Assembly: GCA_030390025.1 (NCBI GenBank)
Contig: CM059431.1
Location: 156,118,001-156,182,000, forward strand
DNA from: Squalus acanthias
Taxonomy: Eukaryota
Length of the DNA stretch: 64,000 nucleotides
Reading direction: 5' to 3'
Positions 13,226 to 27,600 of the stretch are shown piece by piece (the stretch's first letter is position 1; every line of letters begins with the position of its first letter). The translations under genes and the position numbers were made by a program. The notes beneath the pieces were generated by a model. It was not told where the DNA came from, made no database searches, and was given only the letters and a program-made list of their open reading frames with translations.

Positions 13226-16200
13226 GTCAGAGTACCCAGGACTCCACAGAGTGTCAGAGTACCGTGGACTACACAGACTGTCAGAGTACCCGGGACTAAA
13301 CAGAGTGTCAGAGCACCTTGGACTAAACAGAGTGTCAGAGTAACGTGTACTACACAGAGTGTCAGAGTACCTTGGACTGCACAGAGTGTAAAAGTACCGT
13401 GGGCTACACAGACTGACAGAGTACACTGGGCTACACAGAGTATCAGAGTACCTTGGACTACACAGAGTGTCAGAGTAGATTGGACTCCGCAGAGTGGCAG
13501 AGAACCGTGGGCTTCTCAGAGTGACGGAGTGCACTGGGCTACACAGAGTGTTAGAGTACCCTGGTCTACACAGAGTTTAAGAGAACCGTGGGCTACTCAG
13601 ACTGTCAGAATACATTGGACTACACAGAGTGTCAGAGTACCGTGGACTAAACAGAGTGTCAGAGTACCCTGGACCAAATAGATTGTCAGAGTACCCTGGA
13701 CTACACAGATTGTCAGTGTAACCTGGAGTACACAGACTGTCAGAGTAACCTGGACTATACAGTGTCAGAGTACCCTGGACTAAACAGTGTGTCAGAGTAC
13801 CCTGGACTACACAGAGTGTCAGAGTACCCTGGACTACACAGAGGGTCAGTGTACCATGGACTACACGGAGTGTAAGAGTACCTTGGACTACACAGAGTGT
13901 CAGTGTACCGTGGACTACACAGAGTGTCAGAGTACCTTGGAATACGCAGAGCGTCACAGATCCGTGGGCTAGACAGAGTGACAGAGTACACTGGGCTACA
14001 CAGAATGTCAGAGTACCCTGGACTACACAAAGTGTCAGAGTACACTGGGCTACTCAGATTGTCAGAGTACATTGGACTACAAAGAGTGTCAGTGTACCCT
14101 TGACTACACAGAGTGTCAGAGTACCTTGGACTACACAGAGTTTCAGAGTACCGTGGACTACACAGATTGTCGGTATACCGTGGGCTAAACAGAGTGATAG
14201 AGTACACTGGGCTACACAGAGATTCAGAGTACCTTGGACTCCGCAGAGTGTCAGAGTATCTTGGACTACACAGCGTGTCAGAGTACCGTGGACTACACAG
14301 AGTGTCAGAGTACGCTGGGAACACAGAGTGACAGAGGACCCTGGACTACACAGAGTGTCAGAGTACCGTGGACTACACAGAGTGTCAGAGAACCTTGAAC
14401 TACACAGAGTGTCAGAGTACCGTGGGCTACACAGAGTGTCAGAGTACCTTGGTCTACACGCAGTGTCAGAGTACCTTGGGCTACACAGAGTGTCAGAGTA
14501 CCTTGGTCTGCACGCAGTGTCAGAGTACCTTGGACGACACAGAGTGTCAGAGTACCGTGAGCTACACAGAGTGACAGAGTACACTGGGCTACACAGAGTG
14601 TCAGAGTACCTTGGTCTACACGGAGTGTCAGAGTACCTTAGACTATACAGAGTGTCAGAGTAGCCTGGACTACACAGAGTGTCAGAGTACCTTGGGCTAC
14701 ACAGAGTTTTAGAGTACACTGGGCTCCACAGATTCTCAGAGTTCCTTGATCTAAACAGAGTGTCAGAGTACCGTGTACTACACAGAGTTTCAGAGTACCT
14801 TGGCTACACAGAGTGTCAGAGTACCGTGGGCTACACAGAGTGACAGAGAACACCGGGCTACACAGAGTTAAGAGTACCTTGGACTACACGGAGTGTCAGA
14901 GTTCCTTGGACGACACAGAGTGTCAGAGTACCGTGAGCTGCACAGAGTGACAGAGTACACTGGGCTACACAGAGTGTCAGAGTACCTTGGTCCACACGGA
15001 GCTTCAGAGTACCTCAGACTATACAGAGTGTCAGAGTAGCCTGGACTACACAGAGTGTCAGAGTACCTTGGGCAATACAGAATGACAGAGTAAACTAGGC
15101 TTCACAGAGTGTCTGTGTACCCTGGACTAAACAGAGTGACAGAGTGCCCTTGGCTACACAGAGTGTCAGAGTATACTGGGCTACACAGTGTGTCAGAGTA
15201 CCCAGGACTCCACAGAGTGTCAGAGTACCGTGGACAACACAGACTGTCAGAGTACCCGGGACTAAACAGAGTGTCAGAGTACCTTGGACTAAACAGAGTG
15301 TCAGAGTAACGTGTACTACACAGAGTGTCAGAGTACCTTGGACTACACAGAGTGTAAAAGTACCGTGGGCTACACAGACTGACAGAGTACACTGGGCTAC
15401 ACAGAGTATCAGAGTACCTTGGACTACACAGAGTTTCAGAGTACCGTGGACTGCACAGAGTTTCAGAGTATATTGGACTACGCAGAGTGGCAGGGAACCG
15501 TGGGCTACACAGAGTGACAGAGTGCACTGGGCAACACAGAGTGTCAGAGTACCCTGGGCTACACAGAATATCAGAGAACCGTAGACTACACAGAGTGTTA
15601 GAGTATCCTGGTCTACACAGAGTTTAAGAGAACCGTGGGCTACTCAGACTGTCAGAATACATTGGACTACACAGAGTGTCAGAGTACCGTGGACTAAACA
15701 GAGCGTCAGAGTATCCAGGAACATACAGAGTGACAGAGTACACTGGGGTGCACAGATTGTCAGAGTATCCAGGACTGCACAGAGTGTCAGAGAACCGTAG
15801 ACTACACAGAGTGTTAGAGTACCTGGTCTACACAGAGGGTCAGAGTACCTTGGACTACACAGAGTGTCAGAGTACCCTGGACTACACTGAGTGTCAGAGT
15901 GCCTTGGACTACACAGAGGGTCAGTGTACCGTGGACTAAAGAGAGTGTGAGAGTACCCTGGACTTCACAGTGTGTCAGAGTACCGTGGGCGACACAGAAT
16001 GAAAGATTACCCTGGACTACACGCAGTGTCAGAGTACCTTGGTCTACACAGAGTGTCAGAGTACCGTGGACTAACCAGCGTATCAGAGTACCCTGGACTA
16101 CACAGAGTGTCAGAGATCCGTGGGCTACACAGAGTGTCAGAGTACCTTGGACTAAACAGAGTGTTAGAGTACCTTGGTCGACACAGAGTGTCAGAATACC

Positions 16201-18454
16201 GTGGGCTTCACAGAGAGACAGAGTACACTGGGCTAAACAGAGTGTCGGAGTACCCTGGACTACACAGAGTATCAGAGTACCGTGGACAACACAGAGTGTC
16301 AGAGTGCCTTGGACTACGCAGAGTGTCAGAGAACCGTGGGCTACACAGGGTGATAGAGTACACTGGGCTCCACAGATTCTCAGAGTTCCTTGGACTAAAC
16401 AGAGTGTCAGAGTACCGTGTACTACACAGAGTGTCAGAGTACCTTGGCTACACAGAGTGTCAGAGTACCGTGGGCTACACAGAGTGACAGAGTACCCTGG
16501 ACTACACAGAGGGTCAGTGTACCATGGACTACACGGAGTGTAAGAATACCTTGGACTACACAGAGTGTCAGTGTACCGTGGACTACACAGAGTGTCAGAG
16601 TACCTTGGAATACGCAGAGCGTCACAGATCCGTGGGCTAGACAGAGTGACAGAGTACACTGGGCTACACAGAATGTCAGAGTACCCTGGACTACACAAAG
16701 TGTCAGAGTACACTGGGCTACTCAGATTGTCAGAGTACATTGGACTACAAAGAGTGTCAGTGTACCCTTGACTACACAGAGTGTCAGAGTACCTTGGACT
16801 ACACAGAGTTTCAGAGTACCGTGGACTACACAGATTGTCGGTATACCGTGGGCTAAACAGAGTGATAGAGTACACTGGGCTACACAGAGATTCAGAGTAC
16901 CTTGGACTCCGCAGAGTGTCAGAGTATCTTGGACTACACAGCGTGTCAGAGTACCGTGGACTACACAGAGTGTCAGAGTACGCTGGGAACACAGAGTGAC
17001 AGAGGACCCTGGACTACACAGAGTGTCAGAGTACCGTGGACTACACAGAGTGTCAGAGAACCTTGAACTACACAGAGTGTCAGAGTACCGTGGGCTACAC
17101 AGAGTGTCAGAGTACCTTGGTCTACACGCAGTGTCAGAGTACCTTGGGCTACACAGAGTGTCAGAGTACCTTGGTCTGCACGCAGTGTCAGAGTACCTTG
17201 GACGACACAGAGTGTCAGAGTACCGTGAGCTACACAGAGTGACAGAGTACACTGGGCTACACAGAGTGTCAGAGTACCTTGGTCTACACGGAGTGTCAGA
17301 GTACCTTAGACTATACAGAGTGTCAGAGTAGCCTGGACTACACAGAGTGTCAGAGTACCTTGGGCTACACAGAGTTTTAGAGTACACTGGGCTCCACAGA
17401 TTCTCAGAGTTCCTTGATCTAAACAGAGTGTCAGAGTACCGTGGGCTACACAGAATGACAGATTACCCTGGACTACACGCAGTGTCAGAGTACCTTGGAC
17501 TACACAGAGTGTCAGAGATCCGTGGGCTACACAGAGTGTCAGAGTACCTTGGACTACACAGATTATCAGAGTACCCTGGATTACACGGAGTGTCAGAGTT
17601 CCTTGGACTAAACAGAGTGTCAGAGTTACGTGTACTACACAGTGTGTCAGAGTATATTGGACTACACAGAGTGTCAAAATACCGTGGGCTACACAGAGTG
17701 ACAGAGTACACTGGGCTACACAGAGTGTCAGACTAACCTGGACTACACAGAGTTTCAGAGTACCGTGGACTGCACAGAGTGTCAGAGTACCGTGGACTTC
17801 ACAGAGTGTCAGCGTACCTTGGACTACACAGAGTGTCAGAGTACCCTGGGCTACACAGAGTGTCAGAGTGCCTTGGACTACACAGAATGTCAGTGTACCG
17901 TGGACTAAAGAGAGTGTGAGAGTACCCTGGACTTCACAGAGTGTCAGAGTACCGTGGGCTACACAGAGTGTCAGAGTACCTTGGACTACACAGAGTGTCA
18001 GAGTACCGTGGGCTACACAGAATGACAGATTACCCTGGACCACACGCAGTGTCAGAGTACCGTGTACTAAAGAGAGTGTCAGTGTACCCTGGACTACACA
18101 GAGTGACAGAGAACACTGGGCTACACAGAGTTAAGAGTACCTTGGACTACACGGAGTGTCAGAGTACCTTGGACGACACAGAGTGTCAGAGTACCGTGAG
18201 CTACACAGAGTGACAGAGTACACTGGGCTACACAGAGTGTCAGACTACCTTGGTCTACAAGGAGTGTCAGAGTATCTTAGACTATACAGAGTGTCAGAGT
18301 AGCCTGGACTACACAGAGTGTCAGAGTACCTTGGGCAATACAGAATGACAGAGTAAACTGGGCTTCACAGAGTGTCTGTGTACCCTGGACTAAACAGAGT
18401 GGCAGAGTGCCCTTGGCTACACAGAGTGTCAGAGTATACTGGGCTACACAGTGT

Positions 18455-18466
18455 TCATGATGCGGA
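18455..18466. other. 12-bp non-satellite insertion TCATGATGCGGA (copy 3)
   Basis: Identical insertion and context, 5241 bp after copy 2. Confidence 0.95.
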
Positions 18467-21400
18467 GTCAGAGTACCCAGGACTCCACAGAGTGTCAGAG
18501 TACCGTGGACTACACAGACTGTCAGAGTACCCGGGACTAAACAGAGTGTCAGAGCACCTTGGACTAAACAGAGTGTCAGAGTAACGTGTACTACACAGAG
18601 TGTCAGAGTACCTTGGACTGCACAGAGTGTAAAAGTACCGTGGGCTACACAGACTGACAGAGTACACTGGGCTACACAGAGTATCAGAGTACCTTGGACT
18701 ACACAGAGTGTCAGAGTAGATTGGACTCCGCAGAGTGGCAGAGAACCGTGGGCTTCTCAGAGTGACGGAGTGCACTGGGCTACACAGAGTGTCAGAGTAC
18801 CCTGGGCTACACAGAATATCAGAGAACCGTAGACTACACAGAGTGTTAGAGTACCCTGGTCTACACAGAGTTTAAGAGAACCGTGGGCTACTCAGACTGT
18901 CAGAATACATTGGACTACACAGAGTGTCAGAGTACCGTGGACTAAACAGAGTGTCAGAGTACCCTGGACCAAATAGATTGTCAGAGTACCCTGGACTACA
19001 CAGATTGTCAGTGTAACCTGGAGTACACAGACTGTCAGAGTAACCTGGACTATACAGTGTCAGAGTACCCTGGACTAAACAGTGTGTCAGAGTACCCTGG
19101 ACTACACAGAGTGTCAGAGTACCCTGGACTACACAGAGGGTCAGTGTACCATGGACTACACGGAGTGTAAGAGTACCTTGGACTACACAGAGTGTCAGTG
19201 TACCGTGGACTACACAGAGTGTCAGAGTACCTTGGAATACGCAGAGCGTCACAGATCCGTGGGCTAGACAGAGTGACAGAGTACACTGGGCTACACAGAA
19301 TGTCAGAGTACCCTGGACTACACAAAGTGTCAGAGTACACTGGGCTACTCAGATTGTCAGAGTACATTGGACTACAAAGAGTGTCAGTGTACCCTTGACT
19401 ACACAGAGTGTCAGAGTACCTTGGACTACACAGAGTTTCAGAGTACCGTGGACTACACAGATTGTCGGTATACCGTGGGCTAAACAGAGTGATAGAGTAC
19501 ACTGGGCTACACAGAGATTCAGAGTACCTTGGACTCCGCAGAGTGTCAGAGTATCTTGGACTACACAGCGTGTCAGAGTACCGTGGACTACACAGAGTGT
19601 CAGAGTACGCTGGGAACACAGAGTGACAGAGGACCCTGGACTACACAGAGTGTCAGAGTACCGTGGACTACACAGAGTGTCAGAGAACCTTGAACTACAC
19701 AGAGTGTCAGAGTACCGTGGGCTACACAGAGTGTCAGAGTACCTTGGTCTACACGCAGTGTCAGAGTACCTTGGGCTACACAGAGTGTCAGAGTACCTTG
19801 GTCTGCACGCAGTGTCAGAGTACCTTGGACGACACAGAGTGTCAGAGTACCGTGAGCTACACAGAGTGACAGAGTACACTGGGCTACACAGAGTGTCAGA
19901 GTACCTTGGTCTACACGGAGTGTCAGAGTACCTTAGACTATACAGAGTGTCAGAGTAGCCTGGACTACACAGAGTGTCAGAGTACCTTGGGCTACACAGA
20001 GTTTTAGAGTACACTGGGCTCCACAGATTCTCAGAGTTCCTTGATCTAAACAGAGTGTCAGAGTACCGTGTACTACACAGAGTTTCAGAGTACCTTGGCT
20101 ACACAGAGTGTCAGAGTACCGTGGGCTACACAGAGTGACAGAGAACACCGGGCTACACAGAGTTAAGAGTACCTTGGACTACACGGAGTGTCAGAGTTCC
20201 TTGGACGACACAGAGTGTCAGAGTACCGTGAGCTACACAGAGTGACAGAGTACACTGGGCTACACAGAGTGTCAGAGTACCTTGGTCCACACGGAGCTTC
20301 AGAGTACCTCAGACTATACAGAGTGTCAGAGTAGCCTGGACTACACAGAGTGTCAGAGTACCTTGGGCAATACAGAATGACAGAGTAAACTAGGCTTCAC
20401 AGAGTGTCTGTGTACCCTGGACTAAACAGAGTGACAGAGTGCCCTTGGCTACACAGAGTGTCAGAGTATACTGGGCTACACAGTGTGTCAGAGTACCCAG
20501 GACTCCACAGAGTGTCAGAGTACCGTGGACAACACAGACTGTCAGAGTACCCGGGACTAAACAGAGTGTCAGAGTACCTTGGACTAAACAGAGTGTCAGA
20601 GTAACGTGTACTACACAGAGTGTCAGAGTACCTTGGACTACACAGAGTGTAAAAGTACCGTGGGCTACACAGACTGACAGAGTACACTGGGCTACACAGA
20701 GTATCAGAGTACCTTGGACTACACAGAGTTTCAGAGTACCGTGGACTGCACAGAGTTTCAGAGTATATTGGACTACGCAGAGTGGCAGGGAACCGTGGGC
20801 TACACAGAGTGACAGAGTGCACTGGGCAACACAGAGTGTCAGAGTACCCTGGGCTACACAGAATATCAGAGAACCGTAGACTACACAGAGTGTTAGAGTA
20901 TCCTGGTCTACACAGAGTTTAAGAGAACCGTGGGCTACTCAGACTGTCAGAATACATTGGACTACACAGAGTGTCAGAGTACCGTGGACTAAACAGAGCG
21001 TCAGAGTATCCAGGAACATACAGAGTGACAGAGTACACTGGGGTGCACAGATTGTCAGAGTATCCAGGACTGCACAGAGTGTCAGAGAACCGTAGACTAC
21101 ACAGAGTGTTAGAGTACCTGGTCTACACAGAGGGTCAGAGTACCTTGGACTACACAGAGTGTCAGAGTACCCTGGACTACACTGAGTGTCAGAGTGCCTT
21201 GGACTACACAGAGGGTCAGTGTACCGTGGACTAAAGAGAGTGTGAGAGTACCCTGGACTTCACAGTGTGTCAGAGTACCGTGGGCGACACAGAATGAAAG
21301 ATTACCCTGGACTACACGCAGTGTCAGAGTACCTTGGTCTACACAGAGTGTCAGAGTACCGTGGACTAACCAGCGTATCAGAGTACCCTGGACTACACAG

Positions 21401-21699
21401 AGTGTCAGAGATCCGTGGGCTACACAGAGTGTCAGAGTACCTTGGACTAAACAGAGTGTTAGAGTACCTTGGTCGACACAGAGTGTCAGAATACCGTGGG
21501 CTTCACAGAGAGACAGAGTACACTGGGCTAAACAGAGTGTCGGAGTACCCTGGACTACACAGAGTATCAGAGTACCGTGGACAACACAGAGTGTCAGAGT
21601 GCCTTGGACTACGCAGAGTGTCAGAGAACCGTGGGCTACACAGGGTGATAGAGTACACTGGGCTCCACAGATTCTCAGAGTTCCTTGGACTAAACAGAG

Positions 21700-24600
21700 T
21701 GTCAGAGTACCGTGTACTACACAGAGTGTCAGAGTACCTTGGCTACACAGAGTGTCAGAGTACCGTGGGCTACACAGAGTGACAGAGTACACTGGGCTAC
21801 ACAGAGGTAAGAGTACCTTGGACTACACGGAGTGTCAGAGTACCTTGGACGACACAGAGTGTCAGAATACCGTGGGCTACACAGCGTGACAGAGTACAGT
21901 GGGCTACACAGAGTGTCAGAGTCCCTTGGTCTACACGGAGTGTCTGTGTACCTTGGACTATACAGAGTGTCAGAGTAGCCTGGACTACACAGAGTGTCAG
22001 AGCACCTTGGGCTACACAGAATGACAGAGTAAACTGGGCTTCACGGAGTGTCTGTGTACCATGGACTACACAGAGTGACAGAGTGCCCTTGGCTACACAG
22101 AGTGTCAGAGTATACTGGGCTACACAGTGTGTCAGAGTACCCAGTACTACACAGTGTGTCAGAGTACCCTGGACTAAACAGAGTTTCTGAGTACCCTGGA
22201 CTACACAGATTGTCAGAGTACCCTGGACTACACAGACTGTCAGAATAACCTGGACTATACAGAGTGTCAGAGTACCCTGGACTAAACAGAGTGTCAGAGT
22301 ACCCTGGACTACACAGAATGTCAGAGTACCCTGGACTACACAGAAAGTTAGTGTACCCTGGACTACACGGAGTGTCAGAGTACCTTGGACTACACAGAGT
22401 GTCAGAGAACCTTGGACTACACAGAGTGTCAGAGTACCGTGGGCTACACAGAGTGTCAGAGTACCTTGTTCTACACGCAGTGTCAGAGTACCTTGGGCGA
22501 CACAGAGTGTCAGAGTACCTTGGTCTACACGCAGTGTCAGAGTACCTTGGACGACACAGAGTGTCAGAGTACCGTGAGCTACACAGAGTGTCAGAGTACC
22601 TTGGTCTACACGGAGTGTCAGAGTACCTTAGACTATACAGAGTGTCAGAGTAGCCTGGACTACACAGAGTGTCAGAGTACCTTGGGCTACACAGAGTTTT
22701 AGAGTACACTGGGCTCCACAGATTCTCAGAGTTCCTTGGACTAAACAGAGTGTCAGAGTACCGTGTACTACACAGAGTTTCAGAGTACCTTGGCTACACA
22801 GAGTGTCAGAGTACCGTGGGCTACACAGAGTGACAGAGAACACCGGGCTACACAGAGTTAAGAGTACATTGGACTACACGGAGTGTCAGAGTTCCTTGGA
22901 CGACACAGAGTGTCAGAGTACCGTGAGCTACACAGAGTGACATAGTACACTGGGCTACACAGAGTGTCAGAGTACCTTGGTCTACACGGAGTGTCAGACT
23001 ACCTTAGACTATACAGAGTGTCAGAGTAGCCTGGACTACACAGAGTGTCAGAGTACCTTGGGCAATACAGAATGACAGAGAACACCGGGCTACACAGAGT
23101 TAAGAGTACCTTGGACTACACGGAGTGTCAGAGTTCCTTGGACGACACAGAGTGTCAGAGTACCGTGAGCTACACAGAGTGACAGAGTACACTGGGCTAC
23201 ACAGAGTGTCAGAGTACCTTGGTCTACACGGAGTGTCAGACTACCTTAGACTATACAGAGTGTCAGAGTAGCCTGGACTACACAGAGTGTCAGAGTACCT
23301 TGGGCAATACAGAATGACAGAGTAAACTGGGCTTCACAGAGTGTCTGTGTACCCTGGACTAAACAGAGTGTCGGAGTACCCTGGACTACACAGAGTGTCA
23401 GAGTACCCTGGACTATACAGACTGTCAGAGTACCCTGGACTACACAGAGTATCAGAGTACCGTGGACAACACAGAGTGTCAGAGTACCTTGGACTACGCA
23501 GAGTGTCAGAGAACCGTGGGCTACACAGAGTGATAGAGTACACTGGGCTCCACAGATTCTCAGAGTTCCTTGGACTAAACAGAGTGTCAGAGTACCGTGT
23601 ACTACACAGAGTGTCAGAGTACCTTGGCTACACAGAGTGTCAGAGTACCGTGGGCTACACAGAGTGACAGAGTACACTGGGCTACACAGAGTTAAGAGTA
23701 CCTTGGACTACACGGAGTGTCAGAGTACCTTGGACGACACAGAGAGTCAGAGTACCGTGGGCTACACAGCGTGACAGAGTACACTGGGCTACACAGAGTG
23801 TCAGAGTCCCTTGGTCTACACGGAGTGTCTGTGTACCTTGGACTATACAGAGTGTCAGAGTAGCCTGGACTACACAGAGTGTCAGAGCACCTTGGGCTAC
23901 ACAGAATGACAGAGTAAACTGGGCTTCACGGCGTGTCTGTGTACCATGGACTACACAGAGTGACAGAGTGCCCTTGGCTACACAGAGTGTCAGAGTATAC
24001 TGGGCTACACAGTGTGTCAGAGTACCCAGTACTACACAGTGTGTCAGAGTACCCTGGACTAAACAGAGTTTCTGAGTACCCTGGACTACACAGATTGTCA
24101 GAGTACCCTGGACTACACAGACTGTCAGAATAACCTGGACTATACAGAGTGTCAGAGTACCCTGGACTAAACAGAGTGTCAGAGTACCCTGGACTACACA
24201 GAATGTCAGAGTACCCTGGACTACACAGAAAGTTAGTGTACCCTGGACTACACGGAGTGTCAGAGTACCTTGGACTACACAGAGTGTCAGAGAACCTTGG
24301 ACTACACAGAGTGTCAGAGTACCGTGGGCTACACAGAGTGTCAGAGTACCTTGTTCTACACGCAGTGTCAGAGTACCTTGGGCGACACAGAGTGTCAGAG
24401 TACCTTGGTCTACACGCAGTGTCAGAGTACCTTGGACGACACAGAGTGTCAGAGTACCGTGAGCTACACAGAGTGTCAGAGTACCTTGGTCTACACGGAG
24501 TGTCAGAGTACCTTAGACTATACAGAGTGTCAGAGTAGCCTGGACTACACAGAGTGTCAGAGTACCTTGGGCTACACAGAGTTTTAGAGTACACTGGGCT

Positions 24601-27600
24601 CCACAGATTCTCAGAGTTCCTTGGACTAAACAGAGTGTCAGAGTACCGTGTACTACACAGAGTTTCAGAGTACCTTGGCTACACAGAGTGTCAGAGTACC
24701 GTGGGCTACACAGAGTGACAGAGAACACCGGGCTACACAGAGTTAAGAGTACATTGGACTACACGGAGTGTCAGAGTTCCTTGGACGACACAGAGTGTCA
24801 GAGTACCGTGAGCTACACAGAGTGACAGAGTACACTGGGCTACACAGAGTGTCAGAGTACCTTGGTCTACACGGAGTGTCAGACTACCTTAGACTATACA
24901 GAGTGTCAGAGTAGCCTGGACTACACAGAGTGTCAGAGTACCTTGGGCAATACAGAATGACAGAGAACACCGGGCTACACAGAGTTAAGAGTACCTTGGA
25001 CTACACGGAGTGTCAGAGTTCCTTGGACGACACAGAGTGTCAGAGTACCGTGAGCTACACAGAGTGACAGAGTACACTGGGCTACAAAGAGTGTCAGAGT
25101 ACCTTGGTCTACACGGAGTGTCAGACTACCTTAGACTATACAGAGTGTCAGAGTAGCCTGGACTACACAGAGTGTCAGAGTACCTTGGGCAATACAGAAT
25201 GACAGAGTAAACTGGGCTTCACAGAGTGTCTGTGTACCCTGGACTAAACAGAGTGTCGGAGTACCCTGGACTACACAGAGTGTCAGAGTACCCTGGACTA
25301 TACAGACTGTCAGAGTACCCTGGACTACACAGAGTATCAGAGTACCGTGGACAACACAGAGTGTCAGAGTACCTTGGACTACGCAGAGTGTCAGAGAACC
25401 GTGGGCTACACAGAGTGATAGAGTACACTGGGCTCCACAGATTCTCAGAGTTCCTTGGACTAAACAGAGTGTCAGAGTACCGTGTACTACACAGAGTGTC
25501 AGAGTACCTTGGCTACACAGAGTGTCAGAGTACCGTGGGCTACACAGAGTGACAGAGTACACTGGGCTACACAGAGTTAAGAGTACCTTGGACTACACGG
25601 AGTGTCAGAGTACCTTGGACGACACAGAGAGTCAGAGTACCGTGGGCTACACAGCGTGACAGAGTACACTGGGCTACACAGAGTGTCAGAGTCCCTTGGT
25701 CTACACGGAGTGTCTGTGTACCTTGGACTATACAGAGTGTCAGAGTAGCCTGGACTACACAGAGTGTCAGAGCACCTTGGGCTACACAGAATGACAGAGT
25801 AAACTGGGCTTCACGGCGTGTCTGTGTACCATGGACTACACAGAGTGACAGAGTGCCCTTGGCTACACAGAGTGTCAGAGTATACTGGGCTACACAGTGT
25901 GTCAGAGTACCCAGTACTACACAGTGTGTCAGAGTACCCTGGACTAAACAGAGTTTCTGAGTACCCTGGACTACACAGACTCTCAGAATAACCTGGACTA
26001 TACAGAGTGTCAGAGTACCCTGGACTAAACAGAGTGTCAGAGTACCCTGGACTACACAGAATGTCAGAGTACTCTGGACTACACAGAAAGTTAGTGTACC
26101 CTGGAGTACACGGAGTGTCAGAGTACCTTGGACTACACAGAGTGTCAGTGTACCGTGGCCTACACAGAGTGTCAGAGTACGTCGGAATACGCAGAGTGTC
26201 AGAGTACCGTGTACTACACAGAGTGTCAGAGTACCTTGGCTACACAGAGTGTCAGAGTACCGTGGGCTACACAGAGTGACAGAGTACACTGGGCTACACA
26301 GAGGTAAGAGTACATTGGACTACACGGAGTGTCAGAGTACCTTGGACGACACAGAGTGTCAGAGTACCGTGGGCTACACAGCGTGACAGAGTACAGTGGG
26401 CTACACAGAGTGTCAGAGTCCCTTGGTCTACACGGAGTGTCTGTGTACCTTGGACTATACAGAGTGTCAGAGTAGCCTGGACTACACAGAGTGTCAGAGC
26501 ACCTTGGGCTACACAGAATGACAGAGTAAACTGGGCTTCACGGAGTGTCTGTGTACCATGGACTACACAGAGTGACAGAGTGCCCTTGGCTACACAGAGT
26601 GTCAGAGTATACTGGGCTACACAGTGTGTCAGAGTACCCAGTACTACACAGTGTGTCAGAGTACCCTGGACTAAACAGAGTTTCTGAGTACCCTGGACTA
26701 CACAGATTGTCAGAGTACCCTGGACTACACAGACTGTCAGAATAACCTGGACTATACAGAGTGTCAGAGTACCCTGGACTAAACAGAGTGTCAGAGTACC
26801 CTGGACTACACAGAATGTCAGAGTACCCTGGACTACACAGAAAGTTAGTGTACCCTGGACTACACGGAGTGTCAGAGTACCTTGGACTACACAGAGTGTC
26901 AGAGAACCTTGGACTACACAGAGTGTCAGAGTACCGTGGGCTACACAGAGTGTCAGAGTACCTTGTTCTACACGCAGTGTCAGAGTACCTTGGGCGACAC
27001 AGTGTGTCAGAGTACCTTGGTCTACACGCAGTGTCAGAGTACCTTGGACGACACAGAGTGTCAGAGTACCGTGAGCTACACAGAGTGTCAGAGTACCTTG
27101 GTCTACACGGAGTGTCAGAGTACCTTAGACTATACAGAGTGTCAGAGTAGCCTGGACTACACAGAGTGTCAGAGTACCTTGGGCTACACAGAGTTTTAGA
27201 GTACACTGGGCTCCACAGATTCTCAGAGTTCCTTGGACTAAACAGAGTGTCAGAGTACCGTGTACTACACAGAGTTTCAGAGTACCTTGGCTACACAGAG
27301 TGTCAGAGTACCGTGGGCTACACAGAGTGACAGAGAACACCGGGCTACACAGAGTTAAGAGTACCTTGGACTACACGGAGTGTCAGAGTTCCTTGGACGA
27401 CACAGAGTGTCAGAGTACCGTGAGCTACACAGAGTGACAGAGTACACTGGGCTACACAGAGTGTCAGAGTACCTTGGTCTACACGGAGTGTCAGACTACC
27501 TTAGACTATACAGAGTGTCAGAGTAGCCTGGACTACACAGAGTGTCAGAGTACCTTGGGCAATACAGAATGACAGAGTAAACTGGGCTTCACAGAGTGTC

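Larger units (their letters stand above)
9564..21790 (+). repeat. Nested higher-order repeat block: 2627/2573-bp units within a 5241/5295-bp tandem unit
   Basis: ORF offsets are 10073 to 12700 (2627), 11324 to 13897 (2573), 11324 to 16565 and 12700 to 17941 (5241), and 13897 to 19192 and 15109 to 20404 (5295). The 54-bp difference is two monomers missing near 13550. Confidence 0.93.
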
